From the NCBI GenBank assembly GCA_018400015.1, contig JAGYNB010000002.1:180555-244554 (forward strand): a stretch of 64,000 nt of DNA, read 5' to 3'. Shown here in pieces: positions 27,459 to 37,532 of this stretch. Made by a program: the position numbers and the translations under genes. Every line of letters begins with the position of its first letter. Position 1 is the stretch's first letter. The stretch comes from Candidatus Omnitrophota bacterium. GTDB lineage: Bacteria > Omnitrophota > Gorgyraeia > Gygaellales > Gygaellaceae. The notes beneath the pieces are model-generated. The model saw nothing but the letters and a program-made list of their open reading frames with translations. It was not told the origin of the DNA and did not search any database.

Positions 27459-29906
27459 ATGAAAAATAAAAAAGGAATTGCAATAATCGTGACATATTCT
27501 ATATTGGTGCTTTTGTTGATTTTATCCGTTGCGTTTATGTACCAAAGTATTAATGCTAATTATTTGAGCAAAAGAAGAGTTTCAAATAACAAAGCGCGCG
27601 CCAATGCAGAAAAAGGCATTGCGCTCATAAAAAGAGAGCTTGGTTTTAGAAGCCAGAGCAATCCGTTGATCACGCATTCAGTTAACGCTTCCACAGACGC
27701 CTTAGAAAGTAATAATATCAATCCTTCATTACATGTACCAGGTGTTTCCATATTTAATGACGACAGCCAGCCTGATATAGACGGTTGTTTCAATGGCTAT
27801 GATGACGATTCAAATCTTATTTTTAGGGTTAAAACATTCAATAAAGAAAGTTCTTCAGGGGATGTGGTTATTATCAGTCAGGGCATTGACGCAGATAGCA
27901 AAGCATATTTGGCTTCCACGCTTAGTTCTTCCAGTCTTTACCAATATTTTATGTTTTATGAAGGTAAGACATATTTTTTTGGTTCAACTAATATAGACGG
28001 TAAAGGTATAGGAAAGATATTTGTCAATGGTGATGCGGGTTTTACCAGTCCCCAGCTTAAAGATTTGGCTAGTTTTGAAGTTGCCGGAGACATGAGCAAT
28101 TATTATTACGGGTATCTTAATCCCTCTATTTTGGATAGTTTAGCTGCAGACGGCCCTGGTATCACTAACGGTGCTCCCACCCCTTGTCTTTATGTGGATA
28201 CATCTGTTGCCGACCCTGATTATGACTATAGCGATCCCGCTAATCCCGCCAAGCATGATTTTAATGGCGATGGAGTGGTTAATTATAAGGATTGGATATA
28301 TTCTCCTGCTGACCCTCAACCGTGGAACGATAATTCAAGTGCTTATGCCCGGTTTCAGCCGTATACAAGCACTCCTTATGAATGGCGTGACATAGATACG
28401 CATTTTTATAATCCGTCTGGTTTCGGTGACCAGTTTATTTTTACTTCAGAAAGCGGAGCAGTTTCTGATTATGGTTTTAATCTTCCCGGCAACGGAGACG
28501 AATCTGCACTATCAACTTCTTGGGACTTTAATTTATTTGGCAGTGCTTCCAGTTATGATGATATAACCTGGCAGTATTATGATTACCAGACCGGTACGAT
28601 TAAAGCTGCGGACAGTGACTATTGGGATTTTGTAGAGGATAGGTATGGTTTGGAAATTCCTGATTATTTAAGGAATTTAGGTAGTGTTGAAACGCAGTCT
28701 GTCAATTATCTGAATACGGAAAAGCAGCCTGAGTGGCAGTCTTGGCTTGACGGTAAATCAATATCAATGGATGACGGTAGTACTAAAACCTTAGGTGAAA
28801 TAATTAAAACCGACCAGGATTCGATCACCCAGCCCGAGGTAAGCACTTATTATTATGATTTGGCTAATGATCCGGCAACAGGAATATATATAAATCCTGC
28901 GCAGTTGATTAATGGAACTGTTACCGATGAAAAAGTCCAGAAATTAATCGATGAGCAATGTATTACAGTCACGCAGTTTTATAATAATGTTTATCCGGCT
29001 TATGATAAAAAAGGAACAACCAATAATCCAGAAGACGATATTACTTATCCTGAGAAGTCAGTAAAAATTGATGTTGCCTGCGTAAAGGCTTTATCTGATG
29101 ACGCTTCAGATTCAGTGAAAGCTAATATTATTTATGTCGAAGGGGTAAAAACTTCCGTACAGGGCCAGGAATGGGATAATACGCCCGCCGCCGGAGAATA
29201 TAAAAATCTTCCTGTTTCTACGCTGTTGGTTAATGGCGAAAGCGTTCCCGAAGGGGGCTTAACTGTAGTTGCCCCTTATCAGGTATATGTAAAAGGAAAT
29301 TTTAATACTGTTGATCCCCAGTCGTCATCGGTTATCACAAATTCATATTATTATGCAATTTCTGATAATTATCAGGATTATGGAACTGACAGGGAGAGTA
29401 TTGCCTCGACATGCAGTGGGGATTTTTATGATTCCAATTGCGACGGCCCGCAGCATTTGCCAGGACTTTATGATTATTATACAGACATATACGGGAAAGT
29501 AGGCGCTTTGGAATATCCCTATGAAGCAAATGAGGCAGTGAATTATCCGGGTAAAAATAATCCTGAAGTCAATGGCGGTAACTATGACGGTAATTTTACT
29601 CAAAGAATATCTTTAGTCAGTCCTAATCCGTCAGTTTATTTTATTGGCAGAGGCTCAGGCACTTTGAATCGGATTGGTTCGATTATTGAGTCTAAAAGTT
29701 GGGGAGCTTATTATACTCCAGGTGCGTATGATCGCGGCAGGGTCAATTACGGTAATCCTATTGGTAGGTACAGTTCACTTGGATTAAAACAAGCTTACGA
29801 TACAATGCTGGAAACAGACAAACCTCCGGGTGATTACAGCGGCACCTCTAGCGGTTTGTTTGTTGAGGTATCGGAAAATGATTTTTTAGTTAATACTAAA
29901 TTTTAA
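27459..29906 (+). CDS. Large PilX/GspK-like pilin with extended Asp/Tyr/Asn-rich extracellular domain
   Basis: NKKG|IAIIVTY (no Glu+5, typical of PilX/GspK), ARANAEKGI helix, and a DFNGDGVVNYKD Ca-loop at 28257-28292. Confidence 0.72.
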   Translation: MKNKKGIAIIVTYSILVLLLILSVAFMYQSINANYLSKRRVSNNKARANAEKGIALIKRELGFRSQSNPLITHSVNASTDALESNNINPSLHVPGVSIFNDDSQPDIDGCFNGYDDDSNLIFRVKTFNKESSSGDVVIISQGIDADSKAYLASTLSSSSLYQYFMFYEGKTYFFGSTNIDGKGIGKIFVNGDAGFTSPQLKDLASFEVAGDMSNYYYGYLNPSILDSLAADGPGITNGAPTPCLYVDTSVADPDYDYSDPANPAKHDFNGDGVVNYKDWIYSPADPQPWNDNSSAYARFQPYTSTPYEWRDIDTHFYNPSGFGDQFIFTSESGAVSDYGFNLPGNGDESALSTSWDFNLFGSASSYDDITWQYYDYQTGTIKAADSDYWDFVEDRYGLEIPDYLRNLGSVETQSVNYLNTEKQPEWQSWLDGKSISMDDGSTKTLGEIIKTDQDSITQPEVSTYYYDLANDPATGIYINPAQLINGTVTDEKVQKLIDEQCITVTQFYNNVYPAYDKKGTTNNPEDDITYPEKSVKIDVACVKALSDDASDSVKANIIYVEGVKTSVQGQEWDNTPAAGEYKNLPVSTLLVNGESVPEGGLTVVAPYQVYVKGNFNTVDPQSSSVITNSYYYAISDNYQDYGTDRESIASTCSGDFYDSNCDGPQHLPGLYDYYTDIYGKVGALEYPYEANEAVNYPGKNNPEVNGGNYDGNFTQRISLVSPNPSVYFIGRGSGTLNRIGSIIESKSWGAYYTPGAYDRGRVNYGNPIGRYSSLGLKQAYDTMLETDKPPGDYSGTSSGLFVEVSENDFLVNTKF

Positions 29907-29917
29907 ATAGGCATTTA

Positions 29918-30571
29918 ATGGCGCAAATAAATTTACTACAGACGAGAGCGGTTTTAAAAACTAAAAAAGCAAAGGCGGATAAAGGTGCTGCCAGCGCTAA
30001 GAAGTTTTCTTTTGACTTTAAAATTGACTTTCGCAGGATGCCCAGGTGGTTTTTTGCCATTGCCATAGGCTGGATTGTTTTTTTGGCACTTGGTGAAACG
30101 ATAATGATTTTAAAGTTAAATGATTCCAAGCGAAAACTAAAGATCCTTGAAACAGAAGGCAGTTTTTTTTCAAAAAGCCCCAAAGAGATAGAGGATTTAA
30201 AAAAGAAGAAAAAAAGCCTTCAGGACGCCTTAGGAATTATCGAAGGATTTCTGATTACCAAAACGCCTTTTTCACAGGCGCTTAATATTATAAGTGATCA
30301 GATAATTGACGGGGTTTGGCTTGAGAAGATATTTTTTAATTCCAAGAAAATCGGTAAAGACAAAGAAGAGATCACTATAAAAATAAACGGTAAAGTTTAC
30401 TCGGCAATCTCGCAAGAGCAGATAGATATATTGGGACAGTTTTCCAATGGTTTAAAAAATAATCCTTATTTTGAATTATTGTTTAGCAGTTTGCAGGTTG
30501 GTAATCTTAAAAATGTAGATTATATGGGATTTGATGTTTTGGATTTTGAAATGGAGGTATCTTTAAGATAA
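29918..30571 (+). CDS. pilN: PilN-like alignment protein
   Basis: N-terminal QINLL motif (PilM-binding), TM helix, coiled coil, GVWLEKI and a ferredoxin-like C-terminus. Confidence 0.8.
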   Translation: MAQINLLQTRAVLKTKKAKADKGAASAKKFSFDFKIDFRRMPRWFFAIAIGWIVFLALGETIMILKLNDSKRKLKILETEGSFFSKSPKEIEDLKKKKKSLQDALGIIEGFLITKTPFSQALNIISDQIIDGVWLEKIFFNSKKIGKDKEEITIKINGKVYSAISQEQIDILGQFSNGLKNNPYFELLFSSLQVGNLKNVDYMGFDVLDFEMEVSLR

Positions 30572-30575
30572 TATT

Positions 30576-31157
30576 ATGGACTTTGATATTAAAAGAATTA
30601 TAGAATGGGTTAAGTTTAGGAAAGTGGAAGTTTCTATTCTTGCGGGGTTATTTGTTATTGGCCTAATATTATCATTTTTGCTATTTCAACCACAGGCGAG
30701 AAAAATCCAGGAATACAATAATTCCTTAATCTCAAGCTCTAAGGATACAAGCAATCTGCGTACAGCGCAAGTAGAATTAAACGAGTTAAAAAAAGAAATT
30801 ACTGTTATTGAAGAGACTTTAGCAGAACATGAAAAAAAACTCTTTTCTCAGGAAGATACTCAGGCATTTTTAAATTATATAAACAGGCTCGCGAAGTTTT
30901 ATAACGTGCGCATTCTAAAGATCAATCCTTTATCACAGGTTGAAAACGAAGTTAAGTCTTTGGATAAGGTGTATCTGGCAATGCCTTATCGGTTGAGTTT
31001 AACCTGTAGCTATCATAATCTAGGGAAATTCCTGAATAAACTTGAGCAGTCAAAGGATAGTTTTGTAAGGGTTGATAGTTTGTCTATACAGGCCGACAAC
31101 AGCAATATGAGAGAGCATAAAGTGGAGTTAGGGATAACTATTTTTTCCATTAAATAA
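30576..31157 (+). CDS. pilO: PilO-like alignment protein
   Basis: TM helix, coiled coil and YLAMPYRLSLTCSYHNLGKFLNKLE motif. Confidence 0.83.
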   Translation: MDFDIKRIIEWVKFRKVEVSILAGLFVIGLILSFLLFQPQARKIQEYNNSLISSSKDTSNLRTAQVELNELKKEITVIEETLAEHEKKLFSQEDTQAFLNYINRLAKFYNVRILKINPLSQVENEVKSLDKVYLAMPYRLSLTCSYHNLGKFLNKLEQSKDSFVRVDSLSIQADNSNMREHKVELGITIFSIK

Positions 31158-31158
31158 T

Positions 31159-31545
31159 ATGAAAAAGATAATTTTATTAATTATGTTTTTGAGTTTCTCA
31201 ATAATTGCTAGTGCCAGTGAAAATGATTTTGAACAAAGGCTTAATTTTGTGTATAATGATAATAATAAGCGCGATCCGTTTATCCCTTTACTTGATAAAG
31301 ACGGGTTGCGACCAAGATCGGATTTATTTGAGAAAGCTGAACTTCCGATAAAAATTGATCTATCAGGTATTGTCTGGAATAAACAAGTGCAATTTGCTAT
31401 AATTAATGGTAAAATAGTGAAAGAAAATGAAGAAGTTACAAGAGGTCTTACTTTAGAAAAAATTAATTCTGATAACGTGGTTTTAGAGTATGGAGGAAGA
31501 AGTACTAAGGTGTATATAGGAGGCCCTAAGAAGGATGATAAGTAG
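31159..31545 (+). CDS. pilP: PilP-like periplasmic protein
   Basis: Signal peptide, KRDPFIPL motif and LSGIVW...AIING beta domain. Lies between pilO and the secretin gene. Confidence 0.72.
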   Translation: MKKIILLIMFLSFSIIASASENDFEQRLNFVYNDNNKRDPFIPLLDKDGLRPRSDLFEKAELPIKIDLSGIVWNKQVQFAIINGKIVKENEEVTRGLTLEKINSDNVVLEYGGRSTKVYIGGPKKDDK

Positions 31546-33100
31546 TAAAAGAATAAAGTTTATATTTGTTTTTTTATTGTGCTTAGGTGTTTGTATATAT
31601 ACACTTAACGCAGAAGAGTTTAATCCTGCTGAGTTTGGCCAGGAAGGATTTGATCCTGCTTTTCAGGCAGTGCCACCTATTCAAACCGCACAAGTTATCA
31701 AAAAAGATAGCGTTCAAAAGCAGGAAGAGGAAATTCCAGCCAAAGAACAAGCTTTTGAGGCAGGTGGGGTTTACAACAATGAGGATTTTGTGAATTTGGC
31801 TTTTGACAATGCCGATATCCGCGATGTTATAAAAGTTTTAGCTGCAAGAAGCGATATGAATATTATTGTCGGTGAGGGTGTTCAAGCAAATGTTACCATG
31901 AAGCTAAAAGATGTAATTTGGGAGTCAGCCCTGGAATTAATCCTAAATACGTATAATCTTACCTATCAAAAAGAAGGCAATCTTATTAGAGTTATGACGC
32001 TTACTGAATCTGAAGAGGAAGCGAAGAAAATTCCAATGATAACTAAGATCATTCCGCTTAATTTCGCACAAACTCCTGAAATGTCCGCTTCCATTGCCAA
32101 GATGCTTTCTGCAAGAGGGTCTGTACAGGAAAATGTACGTACGAATACATTGATTATCACCGATATCCCTTCGCGCGTTAAGATGATAGAAGAGACGATT
32201 ACGAAACTTGATACACCTACACCCCAGGTTTTAATCGATGTTTTGATTATGGATATCACCTTAACCGATAGCGATGATCTGGGTGTTGACTGGCAGGCAA
32301 TCACGACAAACCAGTTATCAGATTTAAGCAGTGCCAATAGAACAAAGTCGGTCACTTTAGAGCAGCCATCAGGCATGTCTACAACAGGCGGTATTGCAGG
32401 AGATCCGGCATTTACGCTGGCTCTTGTTAAAAAGTTTGGTGAAGCTAATTTTACTGCTAACCTGCAGGCATGGATAGAAAATAAAGAAGCCAAGGTTTTG
32501 GCAAATCCGAAGATTTTAACGCTTGATAATCAGGAAGCTAAAATCGAAATAATAAATCAGTTTCCATATCTGCAGACTTCAAGTTCGACTGACGGCGGCA
32601 GCACTAGCGGAACAGAATATAAAAATATAGGAACTAGCCTTAGCGTAACAGCGCATATTACTAATGACGGACATATTACTTTAAATTTAAAACCGGAACA
32701 GGATATAAATGCCGGAACCGACTCTACAACCGGTGCGCCTATTGTTGATACCCGTTCTGCCGAGACCAATGTTTTGGTAAAAGATGGCCAGACCGTTGCC
32801 TTGGGCGGTTTAAGGCGTGTTGATAAGTCTACTACTATAAGCAAAGTACCTATTTTGGGGGATATTCCGTTTATCGGCAAGATATTCCAGAATAGGCAAA
32901 TTGACGACAAGGACGTTGAACTTGTAATGTTTGTTACTCCTCATATCATAAAGGATGCTGGCATAACTGATAAAGAAAGAATGTACATAAAAGAAAATCT
33001 TCCTGGTCCACAAAGGCCTTTTTTGCGCAACAAGCCCTTTGTTTTAGAGGAAAAATACGATTTAAGGTCCCCTTCATATAAAACTAAAGGGAGTAAATAA
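31535..33100 (+). CDS. pilQ: Secretin (PilQ/GspD family)
   Basis: Signal peptide, N0/STN region (FDNADIRDVIK), RTNTLIITD, PQVLID, ANPKILTLDNQEA, VKDGQTVALGGL and KVPILGDIPFIGKIF. Confidence 0.92.
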   Translation: MISSKRIKFIFVFLLCLGVCIYTLNAEEFNPAEFGQEGFDPAFQAVPPIQTAQVIKKDSVQKQEEEIPAKEQAFEAGGVYNNEDFVNLAFDNADIRDVIKVLAARSDMNIIVGEGVQANVTMKLKDVIWESALELILNTYNLTYQKEGNLIRVMTLTESEEEAKKIPMITKIIPLNFAQTPEMSASIAKMLSARGSVQENVRTNTLIITDIPSRVKMIEETITKLDTPTPQVLIDVLIMDITLTDSDDLGVDWQAITTNQLSDLSSANRTKSVTLEQPSGMSTTGGIAGDPAFTLALVKKFGEANFTANLQAWIENKEAKVLANPKILTLDNQEAKIEIINQFPYLQTSSSTDGGSTSGTEYKNIGTSLSVTAHITNDGHITLNLKPEQDINAGTDSTTGAPIVDTRSAETNVLVKDGQTVALGGLRRVDKSTTISKVPILGDIPFIGKIFQNRQIDDKDVELVMFVTPHIIKDAGITDKERMYIKENLPGPQRPFLRNKPFVLEEKYDLRSPSYKTKGSK

Positions 33101-34980
33101 TGAGGAAAAAGTTCTTATTAATTTTTACTTTTTTTATTTTAAGTTTTTCTTTGAATTATTCCTTTGCCCAAGATCAAAATCCTCTTCTTGGTGAAGAAGA
33201 ATTGATATGGCAAAAAAACGTTAGCGGCATAAAAGATGCAGTGAAAGATTTAATTAACGAAAACAAGAACTTAAAGCAGCAAATTGAGTTAAGGTCTTTA
33301 GAGATGCACAAACTTAATGAAATCATGAAGACCTTGCAGGAAAAGAACGAAACACTTCAGCAAAAAATCGAATCAACTGACCTTAAAGTTAATTTAAACA
33401 GCAAAGTAAAGTCTCTCGTCCAGCGCGCTGATTCATTAGAAAGCGTGAAAGCCTCGCTTGATGAAGAGGTAAAACAGCTCAGAGAGGAAAATAAAACTTT
33501 AAAAAGAGACTCCGCGGCATTTGAAAAAGAGCTCAACACGTTAAGAAAAAAACTTGAAGCTACGGAAGATGAACTTAAACAAATGAATGATTCTTATGGC
33601 AATTTTAAGCAAAAATCTCTTGATTACGAAAAAGAGCTTGAGGGCAAACTTGTTAAATTAGAGTCTGATAATAAAAGATTTAGCGCGGCAGCTGAAGAAA
33701 ATGAGAAGTTGTCAACTCAGCTTAATGAAATAAAACAAGATCTTGAAAGTTCTCAGAAAGAAATCGGTGAATTAAAAAAATCTTTAGCGGCCAAGGACAA
33801 GATAATTGGATTCAGTAAGGATGAGCTTAAAAAAATCGAGCTTTTATCCAGCGAGTTAGGAAAAAGTGAAAAAGAAGTAGTTGATTTGAGAAAACAGTTG
33901 AATGAGTCCAATAAAAATTTAGAGATTGCCAATAAAGAGATTGGATTGCTTAATGAATCGTTCAATAAATTCAAAGAAAAATCAGCTGAATATCAGGAAA
34001 AACTGATCAAAGCCCAGAAAGAGAATATAGATTTAGAAAGCAGGATCGCTCCTTTGCAAGACGACTTAAAAAAAAAGATTTTAGAGATTGAAAATGTTAA
34101 GTCTGGTTATGAAAACCAGATTTCATTGTTAAAGACTCAAAATTCCGCATTAGAAGACAGAATCGCATTTTTTTCTCAAGAGATTACCCAGTTAACGGCT
34201 GAAAAAAGAGAATTAGAATCCTCGATGGCCAAGTTAAAGTCTAGAATCGAACCTCTAGTGAGCCCTTTTAAAGAAGAGATTCGTCAAAAAGACTACGAGC
34301 TCGATAGAATCAAGTCTAATTACGAAAAAGATTTAAGTAAGATTAAGGAAAATAATTCTTCTTTGAATGATAGAATAGATTCTTTGAGCGGTTTTATCGC
34401 TCAGGCAAATGCTGAAAAAAGACTTCTTGAACAAGAGTTTTTAAATATGCAGGACAAGCTTAAGTCTCTGGAGCAGGAAAAAGATCTTGCCTTAAGAAGA
34501 TCTGTTATGGTCAGCGATGCCCGTAAAACAAAACAAATTAGAACTGCTTCTGTTTATTCTGATTCCAAACAGAAGGATAATGGTTTTCAAATACCTGAAA
34601 GCGTAAAATTAAGGGCATTAAAACAGGCAGAGAATAAATTAGGCAGTTTTACAAAACAGGATTCGACAGCTATAGGGGCGATGCTTGAAACTGCTTATGA
34701 TTATGCGTTTGGTGGTCAGATTAAATTGGCAATAAAAGAATATGCCAATGTTTTAGAGATTGATCCCGGGAACAAAGACGCCTTGTTTAACCAGGGGGTA
34801 ATTTATCTTAATGCCAATGATTCTAGACGTGCAGTTGTTAACTTTGAGAAGCTCATAGAATTAGATCCCAATGACGAACAGGCATTATATAATTTGGCTT
34901 TATGTTACAGTAAGCTTCATAATAAAAAACAGATGGAATATTATTATTTAAAATATTTGGAATTGGAAAATGGCTCTTGA
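33100..34980 (+). CDS. Secreted long coiled-coil protein with C-terminal TPR repeats
   Basis: Signal peptide (SFA|QD), ~430 aa of heptad repeats, then TPRs (IDPGNKDALFNQG, LDPNDEQALYNLA). Confidence 0.8.
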   Translation: MRKKFLLIFTFFILSFSLNYSFAQDQNPLLGEEELIWQKNVSGIKDAVKDLINENKNLKQQIELRSLEMHKLNEIMKTLQEKNETLQQKIESTDLKVNLNSKVKSLVQRADSLESVKASLDEEVKQLREENKTLKRDSAAFEKELNTLRKKLEATEDELKQMNDSYGNFKQKSLDYEKELEGKLVKLESDNKRFSAAAEENEKLSTQLNEIKQDLESSQKEIGELKKSLAAKDKIIGFSKDELKKIELLSSELGKSEKEVVDLRKQLNESNKNLEIANKEIGLLNESFNKFKEKSAEYQEKLIKAQKENIDLESRIAPLQDDLKKKILEIENVKSGYENQISLLKTQNSALEDRIAFFSQEITQLTAEKRELESSMAKLKSRIEPLVSPFKEEIRQKDYELDRIKSNYEKDLSKIKENNSSLNDRIDSLSGFIAQANAEKRLLEQEFLNMQDKLKSLEQEKDLALRRSVMVSDARKTKQIRTASVYSDSKQKDNGFQIPESVKLRALKQAENKLGSFTKQDSTAIGAMLETAYDYAFGGQIKLAIKEYANVLEIDPGNKDALFNQGVIYLNANDSRRAVVNFEKLIELDPNDEQALYNLALCYSKLHNKKQMEYYYLKYLELENGS

Positions 34981-36046
34981 TCAAAAAGGTTTTTTAGGCA
35001 TAGGCAGTAGTCTTTTCAAGCAAAAAGAAAAGAATTTTGTAGGTATTGATATCGGTTCATCAAGCATTAAGATTGTAAGGCTTGTTCCGAATAGAGATAA
35101 TAAGAAAATGCAGTTAAGTGATTTTGCCGATATTGCTTTTGAAGAACAGGTCAGCACCGATCAAATAAAACGCGCGGTTGATGAAGCTTTAAAGCAAACC
35201 AATATTCCTAAAGATAGCGAAGCAGTTTTTAATATCCCCAATAATTCTGCCATAACCCGTTTTATAGTAATGCCGAAGATGAATCATGACGACCTGAGAA
35301 AAGCCATTGGTTATGAACTTGAAAAATACATTGCTTTTGATACAAAAGAGGCTGTTTATGATTTTCGTATTTTGGATGACCTGCAGACTAAAGAAGGCCA
35401 TTTAAAAGTTCTTTTGGTTATTACAAAGAAAGAGACTGTTGATGAAAGGGTAAAGGCGATCGAAGATGCAGGGCTTATTCCTAAAGTGGTAAGTATTGAT
35501 TCTGTTGTTATTCCTAATACATTTTATCTTAATCATATAGATAAAAAAGATAAGAATATCGCCATAGTAAACCTTGGATCTCGGCTATGCAGTATCAGTG
35601 TTGTTAAAGGCGGAATATCCAACTTTATGCGTGATATAGCAATTGGAATAGAAAATATAGTAAGTTTGGTTTCGGAAAAACTGGAAATGAACAAAACTGA
35701 TATTATTAATTCTATTATGAAACCTGAATTGCAGTCTAATGATTTTAAAGATATTATTAATTCAGTTTTGTCTAATTTGTTGAACGAACTTTACCTTTCG
35801 TTCGATTATTACGAGACGCAGTTCGAAACTTCTATTGACGAGATTTATATTACCGGCGGACTTTCTCAGCAGCCGGGTTTGATTGACTTTTTATCCAGTA
35901 ATTTAGGTATATCAGTTAATAAACTTAATCCCCTATTGAATCTTGAAGTTGCTGCCGAATTGAAGTCCAAGATTGATTCAAAGAAGGATATTATGGCTGT
36001 AAGCATAGGTCTTGCCTTAGAGGAATCCGATCTAAAATATTTTTAA
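34970..36046 (+). CDS. pilM: Type IV pilus assembly protein PilM
   Basis: VGIDIGSSSIKIV, EAVYDFRIL, actin-like fold motifs and IYITGG...MAVSIGLAL. Confidence 0.92.
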   Translation: MALDQKGFLGIGSSLFKQKEKNFVGIDIGSSSIKIVRLVPNRDNKKMQLSDFADIAFEEQVSTDQIKRAVDEALKQTNIPKDSEAVFNIPNNSAITRFIVMPKMNHDDLRKAIGYELEKYIAFDTKEAVYDFRILDDLQTKEGHLKVLLVITKKETVDERVKAIEDAGLIPKVVSIDSVVIPNTFYLNHIDKKDKNIAIVNLGSRLCSISVVKGGISNFMRDIAIGIENIVSLVSEKLEMNKTDIINSIMKPELQSNDFKDIINSVLSNLLNELYLSFDYYETQFETSIDEIYITGGLSQQPGLIDFLSSNLGISVNKLNPLLNLEVAAELKSKIDSKKDIMAVSIGLALEESDLKYF

Positions 36047-36055
36047 AGATTTGTT

Positions 36056-36442
36056 ATGAAGAAAGAACTTATCATAGTTGGAGATAAAGTGCTGGTTTCT
36101 GTTTGTGAAGGTAGTGATAAGACGGAGTTTGGTCTTTATTTGCCTCAAGGCATCAGGGAAAAAGAAAAAGTTGCTGCAGGTTTAATTGTTAAATCCGGTC
36201 CAGGTTATCCTGTATGGCAGGCCAATTCGCTAGATAGTGAAGATTGGAAACAATCTTGTGGTCAAGAAACCGCTAGTTATATTCCCCTTCAGGCAAAAGA
36301 GGGAGATTATTGTATTTTTTTAAGGGATCCTGCCGTTGAAGTCCGATATGAGAAGAAAAAATATGTCGTTGTTCCTCATTCAGCAATACTTCTTTTGGTT
36401 AGAGGAGACATTGATAAAGCAATAAATCTTCTGGAAAAGTAA
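36056..36442 (+). CDS. Co-chaperonin GroES-family protein (no adjacent groEL)
   Basis: GDKVLV, KTEFGLYLP (mobile-loop equivalent), VKSGPG and LQAKEGD. Confidence 0.75.
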   Translation: MKKELIIVGDKVLVSVCEGSDKTEFGLYLPQGIREKEKVAAGLIVKSGPGYPVWQANSLDSEDWKQSCGQETASYIPLQAKEGDYCIFLRDPAVEVRYEKKKYVVVPHSAILLLVRGDIDKAINLLEK

Positions 36443-36443
36443 C

Positions 36444-37532
36444 ATGAAAAAAGTTTTTATCGCTGCAACCAAACAAAATGACGGAAAGACAACTGTAAGT
36501 TTGGGTCTTATATCGAACTTGAACAATCATTTTAAGAGTATTGGTTTTATAAAGCCTATTGGGCAAAGATATCTAGAGGAAGAGGGTTTTAAGGTCGACG
36601 AGGATTCCATACTTATTGAAGAAGTTTTTGGTATAAAATGCGGCCTTAAGGATATGAATCCTATTGCCGTAGAAAGAGGTTTTACAGAGAAATACATCAT
36701 TAATCCTAATGGAAAAAAACTCACTGCTCAGATTAAAAGTGCATTTAAGCATGTTTCTAAAAATAATGATTTTGTGGTTATCGAAGGTACCGGCCATGCT
36801 GGTGTCGGGTCTGTATTTGATCTTTCCAATGCTTCAGTCGCAAAACTTTTAAAGGCAAAAGTAATTATAATATCTTCCGGAGGGATTGGCCGGCCGGTTG
36901 ATGAAATCATGCTTAACAAAGCGCTATTTGATAAATTAGGAGTAAAGGTTTTAGGTGTTATTATAAATAAGGTTTTGCCTGAAAAAGCGCCGAAGATAGA
37001 AAAATTGTTAAAAAAAAGGCTTTCTCAGTTAAAGGTTGATGTTTTGGGGGTATTGCCTTACCGGCCTTTTCTTTCATATCCAAACATGTCCAGGATCTCA
37101 GAAGAGCTGGATTTTAAGTTTTTCTCTGGCAAGGAAAATGCCCACGCGGTGGTCAAGAAAATCGTTATCGGAGCAATGCATTCTCACGATGCGGTTTCTT
37201 ATATCGAAGATGGTTCTTTGGTGATTACCCCAGGAGATAGGGGAGATATGATTTTGACTGTTTTAAGCTGCCATTATGTGCAGACAAAAAGAGAGATAAA
37301 AATTTCCGGTTTGATTCTTACTGGTGGTATAATGCCTAATAAACGAATCCAGGAGCTTCTTAAAAAATCCGGTATTCCTGTTTTAATATCGCAAAAAGAC
37401 ACTTATGGGGTTGCATCGCTTGTGCATGATCTTGTAGTAAAGATAAGACCAGATGATAAGGAAAAAATTGCAATGGTTCATGATATGTTTAAGGAGAATA
37501 TCGATATCGATAAAATTATTGGAGGAATTTAA
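36444..37532 (+). CDS. BioD-like P-loop/DRTGG protein (N-terminal half of long phosphotransacetylases)
   Basis: QNDGKTTVSLGL, FIKPIGQ, VIEGTGH, ITPGDRGD and LILTGG. Confidence 0.85.
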   Translation: MKKVFIAATKQNDGKTTVSLGLISNLNNHFKSIGFIKPIGQRYLEEEGFKVDEDSILIEEVFGIKCGLKDMNPIAVERGFTEKYIINPNGKKLTAQIKSAFKHVSKNNDFVVIEGTGHAGVGSVFDLSNASVAKLLKAKVIIISSGGIGRPVDEIMLNKALFDKLGVKVLGVIINKVLPEKAPKIEKLLKKRLSQLKVDVLGVLPYRPFLSYPNMSRISEELDFKFFSGKENAHAVVKKIVIGAMHSHDAVSYIEDGSLVITPGDRGDMILTVLSCHYVQTKREIKISGLILTGGIMPNKRIQELLKKSGIPVLISQKDTYGVASLVHDLVVKIRPDDKEKIAMVHDMFKENIDIDKIIGGI

